Below, one piece after another: positions 61,481 to 64,000 of a stretch of DNA of 64,000 nucleotides. This DNA is from an uncultured Candidatus Saccharibacteria bacterium (GTDB lineage: Bacteria > Patescibacteriota > Minisyncoccia > Phycocordibacterales > Phycocordibacteraceae), in contig CAYSUL010000001.1 in NCBI GenBank assembly GCA_964434255.1, positions 27,720-91,719 of the forward strand. Reading direction: 5' to 3'. The translations under genes were made by a program, and so were the position numbers. Positions within the stretch are counted from its first letter, which is position 1. Every line of letters starts with the position of its first letter. The notes under the pieces were generated by a model. That model did not search any database. It worked only from the letters and a program-made list of their open reading frames with translations, and was not told where the DNA came from.

Positions 61481-63079
61481 ATGCAGTCTCTCGTCAACCT
61501 TCTACGCCGTACGGCGCTTCGGACGCGCACGTTCGGAGACGCTTCATGGCGTCGCTATCGCGGCCTCAAGAAGTGGCAGCAAATAGCTGTCGCTATTCTT
61601 CTTGCCGTCCTTCTCATAGCAGGCATCACGCTCTTGCGTCAGGACGGTGCGCACGACGCCGGCAACCAGCTCCGCACCGTGACGCTTGCGACCGTCGGTG
61701 AGCTTTCAGGACAGGGTGCCTCTGTCAGCATCCTCGGTACCGTGCGCTCGATAACCGAAGCGGACATCCTCGCGCAGTCAGGCGGGACCGTACGGAGCGT
61801 GAACGCCAAGCTCGGCGGGAGTGTTCCTGCAGGCTTCGTCATCGCGAGCCTTGAGAACGCGAGCGAACGTGCTGCGGTCCTTCAGGCCGAGGGTTCGTAC
61901 GAAAGCGCGCTCGCCGCACGCTCCATAACCCAGGTCCAGGCAGCTAATACCGGAGAATCGCTCGAGGAGGCGGAAACCTCGGCCCGCAACACGTATCGCA
62001 CTGCGTACACGACTCTCGACAGCATGGTGGCGAACGAGGCGCAGAGCTTCTTCGGCGGCTCCTCCGTAAGCCCGACCGTACTCGTTTCCTCTGGCTCAGA
62101 CAATGCGCTCAAGAACGAGTTCATAGCGCTTAGGCGCGAGATGCAGTCGTGGCGGTACGCCCTGGATGCGTCCGGCACGAAGAATCCGGAAGTCCTCCTT
62201 GCCGACGCGGAGCGCATAGCCAACCGCGCCTCAATTTTCCTAGTAGACCTTGCTCGCGTGGCCGCACAGACCAACTCGGGCGCGACCGCTACCCAAAAAG
62301 CGAATCTTGCAGCCGCCCGCGCGGATGTGGACGGCCTCCTCGCGACCCTATCGGCTGAACGCGATGCGTTGCGTGCAGCGCAGGCAGCAGCAGCCGTCGC
62401 GAGCCACCAGACAGATTCGAGAAGCGGCGAGGTCGCGAGCGCGGACGCATCGGTCAAGACCGCACTCGGGGTGCTGCGCGGCGCGCAGGCGCAGCTCGAG
62501 AAGACCGTAGTGCGCGCTCCTATCGGCGGCCAGGTGAACTTCCTTCCTATACGAGTCGGCGACTACGTCACCGCATTCACGCACGTCGCGACCGTTGCCC
62601 AGAACGGCGCGCTCGAGATAGTCGCGTACGTGGGTGAGGACGACCGCGCGCTCCTTGCGGCAGGCACTAAAGTCACCGTCGAGGACGATATCCCCGGTAT
62701 CGTAACGTCCATAGCGCCCGCGCTTGATCCAACTACCAAGCTCATAGAGGTGCATGTAGCGGTCGATGCAGCGAGCGCAGGAGGAATAGTGAACGGCCAG
62801 TCGGTTCGCATCGCGCTTCCGAACCAGGCACCGAAGAAGGAAGAGGTAGGCACCGTTAGCGGCCCCTCGCTCCTTCCCCTTTCTGCAGTGAAGCTTTCAG
62901 GCGACAAGCGCATCATCTTCACCATCGATGAGGAGGGCGCGCTCGTGGCGAACGAAGTCGAAGTCCTCGAAGTCCGTGGCGACCGTATAGAGGTGCGGAC
63001 CAATCTCCCGCTCGAGCTGCGTATCGTCACCGACGCGCGCGGGCTCGCCGCAGGCCAGAAGGTAACCATCGCTCCGTAA
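61481..63079 (+). CDS. RND efflux membrane-fusion (HlyD-like) protein
   Basis: TM anchor, lipoyl-like halves, long coiled coil, RAPI.G; precedes RND permease. Confidence 0.8.
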   Translation: MQSLVNLLRRTALRTRTFGDASWRRYRGLKKWQQIAVAILLAVLLIAGITLLRQDGAHDAGNQLRTVTLATVGELSGQGASVSILGTVRSITEADILAQSGGTVRSVNAKLGGSVPAGFVIASLENASERAAVLQAEGSYESALAARSITQVQAANTGESLEEAETSARNTYRTAYTTLDSMVANEAQSFFGGSSVSPTVLVSSGSDNALKNEFIALRREMQSWRYALDASGTKNPEVLLADAERIANRASIFLVDLARVAAQTNSGATATQKANLAAARADVDGLLATLSAERDALRAAQAAAAVASHQTDSRSGEVASADASVKTALGVLRGAQAQLEKTVVRAPIGGQVNFLPIRVGDYVTAFTHVATVAQNGALEIVAYVGEDDRALLAAGTKVTVEDDIPGIVTSIAPALDPTTKLIEVHVAVDAASAGGIVNGQSVRIALPNQAPKKEEVGTVSGPSLLPLSAVKLSGDKRIIFTIDEEGALVANEVEVLEVRGDRIEVRTNLPLELRIVTDARGLAAGQKVTIAP

Positions 63080-63085
63080 CGATGC

Positions 63086-64000
63086 ATGACGAAGTTCTGG
63101 CTCTTCTTCATCCATAAGCACCACTTCACCATCCTGATGGGAGCGGTGCTCGTGCTTGCGGGCGCATACGCCGCAGCCGCCATACCGAAGGAGTCCTCTC
63201 CGGAGATACAGATACCTATCGGTATCGTTACCACCGTTCTTCCGGGTGCCTCGAGCGAGGATGTCGAGCGCCTTATCACGAATAAGATAGAGGACCGGGT
63301 GCTCGGTGTGGAGAACGTCACGAAGGTGACCTCCACGTCAGGCGAGGGCGTCTCTTCGATTACGGTCGAGTTCGCGGCCTCGGCTGATATCGATAAGTCC
63401 ATCCAGCTCCTCAAGGACGAGGTGGACAAGGTGAGCCCGGAGCTTCCGAGCGAGGCCGAGGATCCCTCGGTGACCGATGTGAATTTCGCGGACCAGCCTA
63501 TCATCATCGCCTCGATCTCGGGCGAACTCACCCCTGCAGAGCTCACCGCAGTCGGTACGATAGTGAAGGACGAGCTTGAGCGCGTGCCGAGCGTCTCCTC
63601 TGTCGCGCTTTCTGGAGTCCGCGAGCGCCAGGTGGACGTCATCGTCGAGCAGTCCAAGCTCCGTCAGTACGGACTTTCCCTTTCCGACGTTACGAACGCG
63701 ATACGCGCATCGGGCGTGGCGTCCCCACTCGGCTCCATCACCGTCGACAATATCGCGTACGCAGTGCGGCTCGAGGCGGGGCTTTCGAACACGGAACAGG
63801 TCGGAAGCGTAGCGCTCGCAGGACCCGCGGGCAGTGTGCTCCACGTACGGGACGTCGCGAAAGTGGTCGACGGGCTCGAGGATGCGGTCACTCATTCGCG
63901 CGTCTCGGTCGAAGGGGCGCCATCCGCGCCCGCGCTTTCTATATCAGTATTCAAGAGTAGGGGCGGCAACGTGGTCGAGATGGGCGACAAGGTTAAGGAA
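63086..64000 (+). CDS. AcrB/AcrD/AcrF family RND permease (3'-truncated by window)
   Basis: Hand-translated IPKESSPEIQIP...T..PGAS.EDVE..IT..IE...S.S.EG.S.I.VEF. Confidence 0.88.
   Translation, partial: MTKFWLFFIHKHHFTILMGAVLVLAGAYAAAAIPKESSPEIQIPIGIVTTVLPGASSEDVERLITNKIEDRVLGVENVTKVTSTSGEGVSSITVEFAASADIDKSIQLLKDEVDKVSPELPSEAEDPSVTDVNFADQPIIIASISGELTPAELTAVGTIVKDELERVPSVSSVALSGVRERQVDVIVEQSKLRQYGLSLSDVTNAIRASGVASPLGSITVDNIAYAVRLEAGLSNTEQVGSVALAGPAGSVLHVRDVAKVVDGLEDAVTHSRVSVEGAPSAPALSISVFKSRGGNVVEMGDKVKE

Overview
A 64 kb, roughly 60% GC bacterial chromosome segment made mostly of housekeeping genes: ybeY-ftsA-ftsZ, trxB, tsaD-valS-prsW-hsp20, lepA-murJ, rnpB, htpX-lemA, groES/EL, secG, rnj, mutY, nth, bcp, msrA/B, typA, mltG, a PIF1-like helicase, a P-type ATPase and an RND pump, plus 7 tRNAs. 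Gene content and order suggest a Patescibacteria (CPR, Parcubacteria-like) genome; this is an inference. Four things stand out. (1) Two Caulobacterales-type regulators sit as solitary insertions: a full-length GcrA cell-cycle regulator (44040-44546) and an XRE HTH gene between ftsA and ftsZ. (2) Three dispersed integrase-less cassette loci carry orphan genes bounded by a recurrent GGGACGATGTTGGAAC motif on one side and a tRNA-Gln-like 3' fragment overlapping a host stop codon on the other. (3) Many core genes look leaderless while orphan genes carry AGGAG Shine-Dalgarno sites. (4) There is an unannotated ~200-nt structured RNA candidate. All calls were made by eye, with no database searches.
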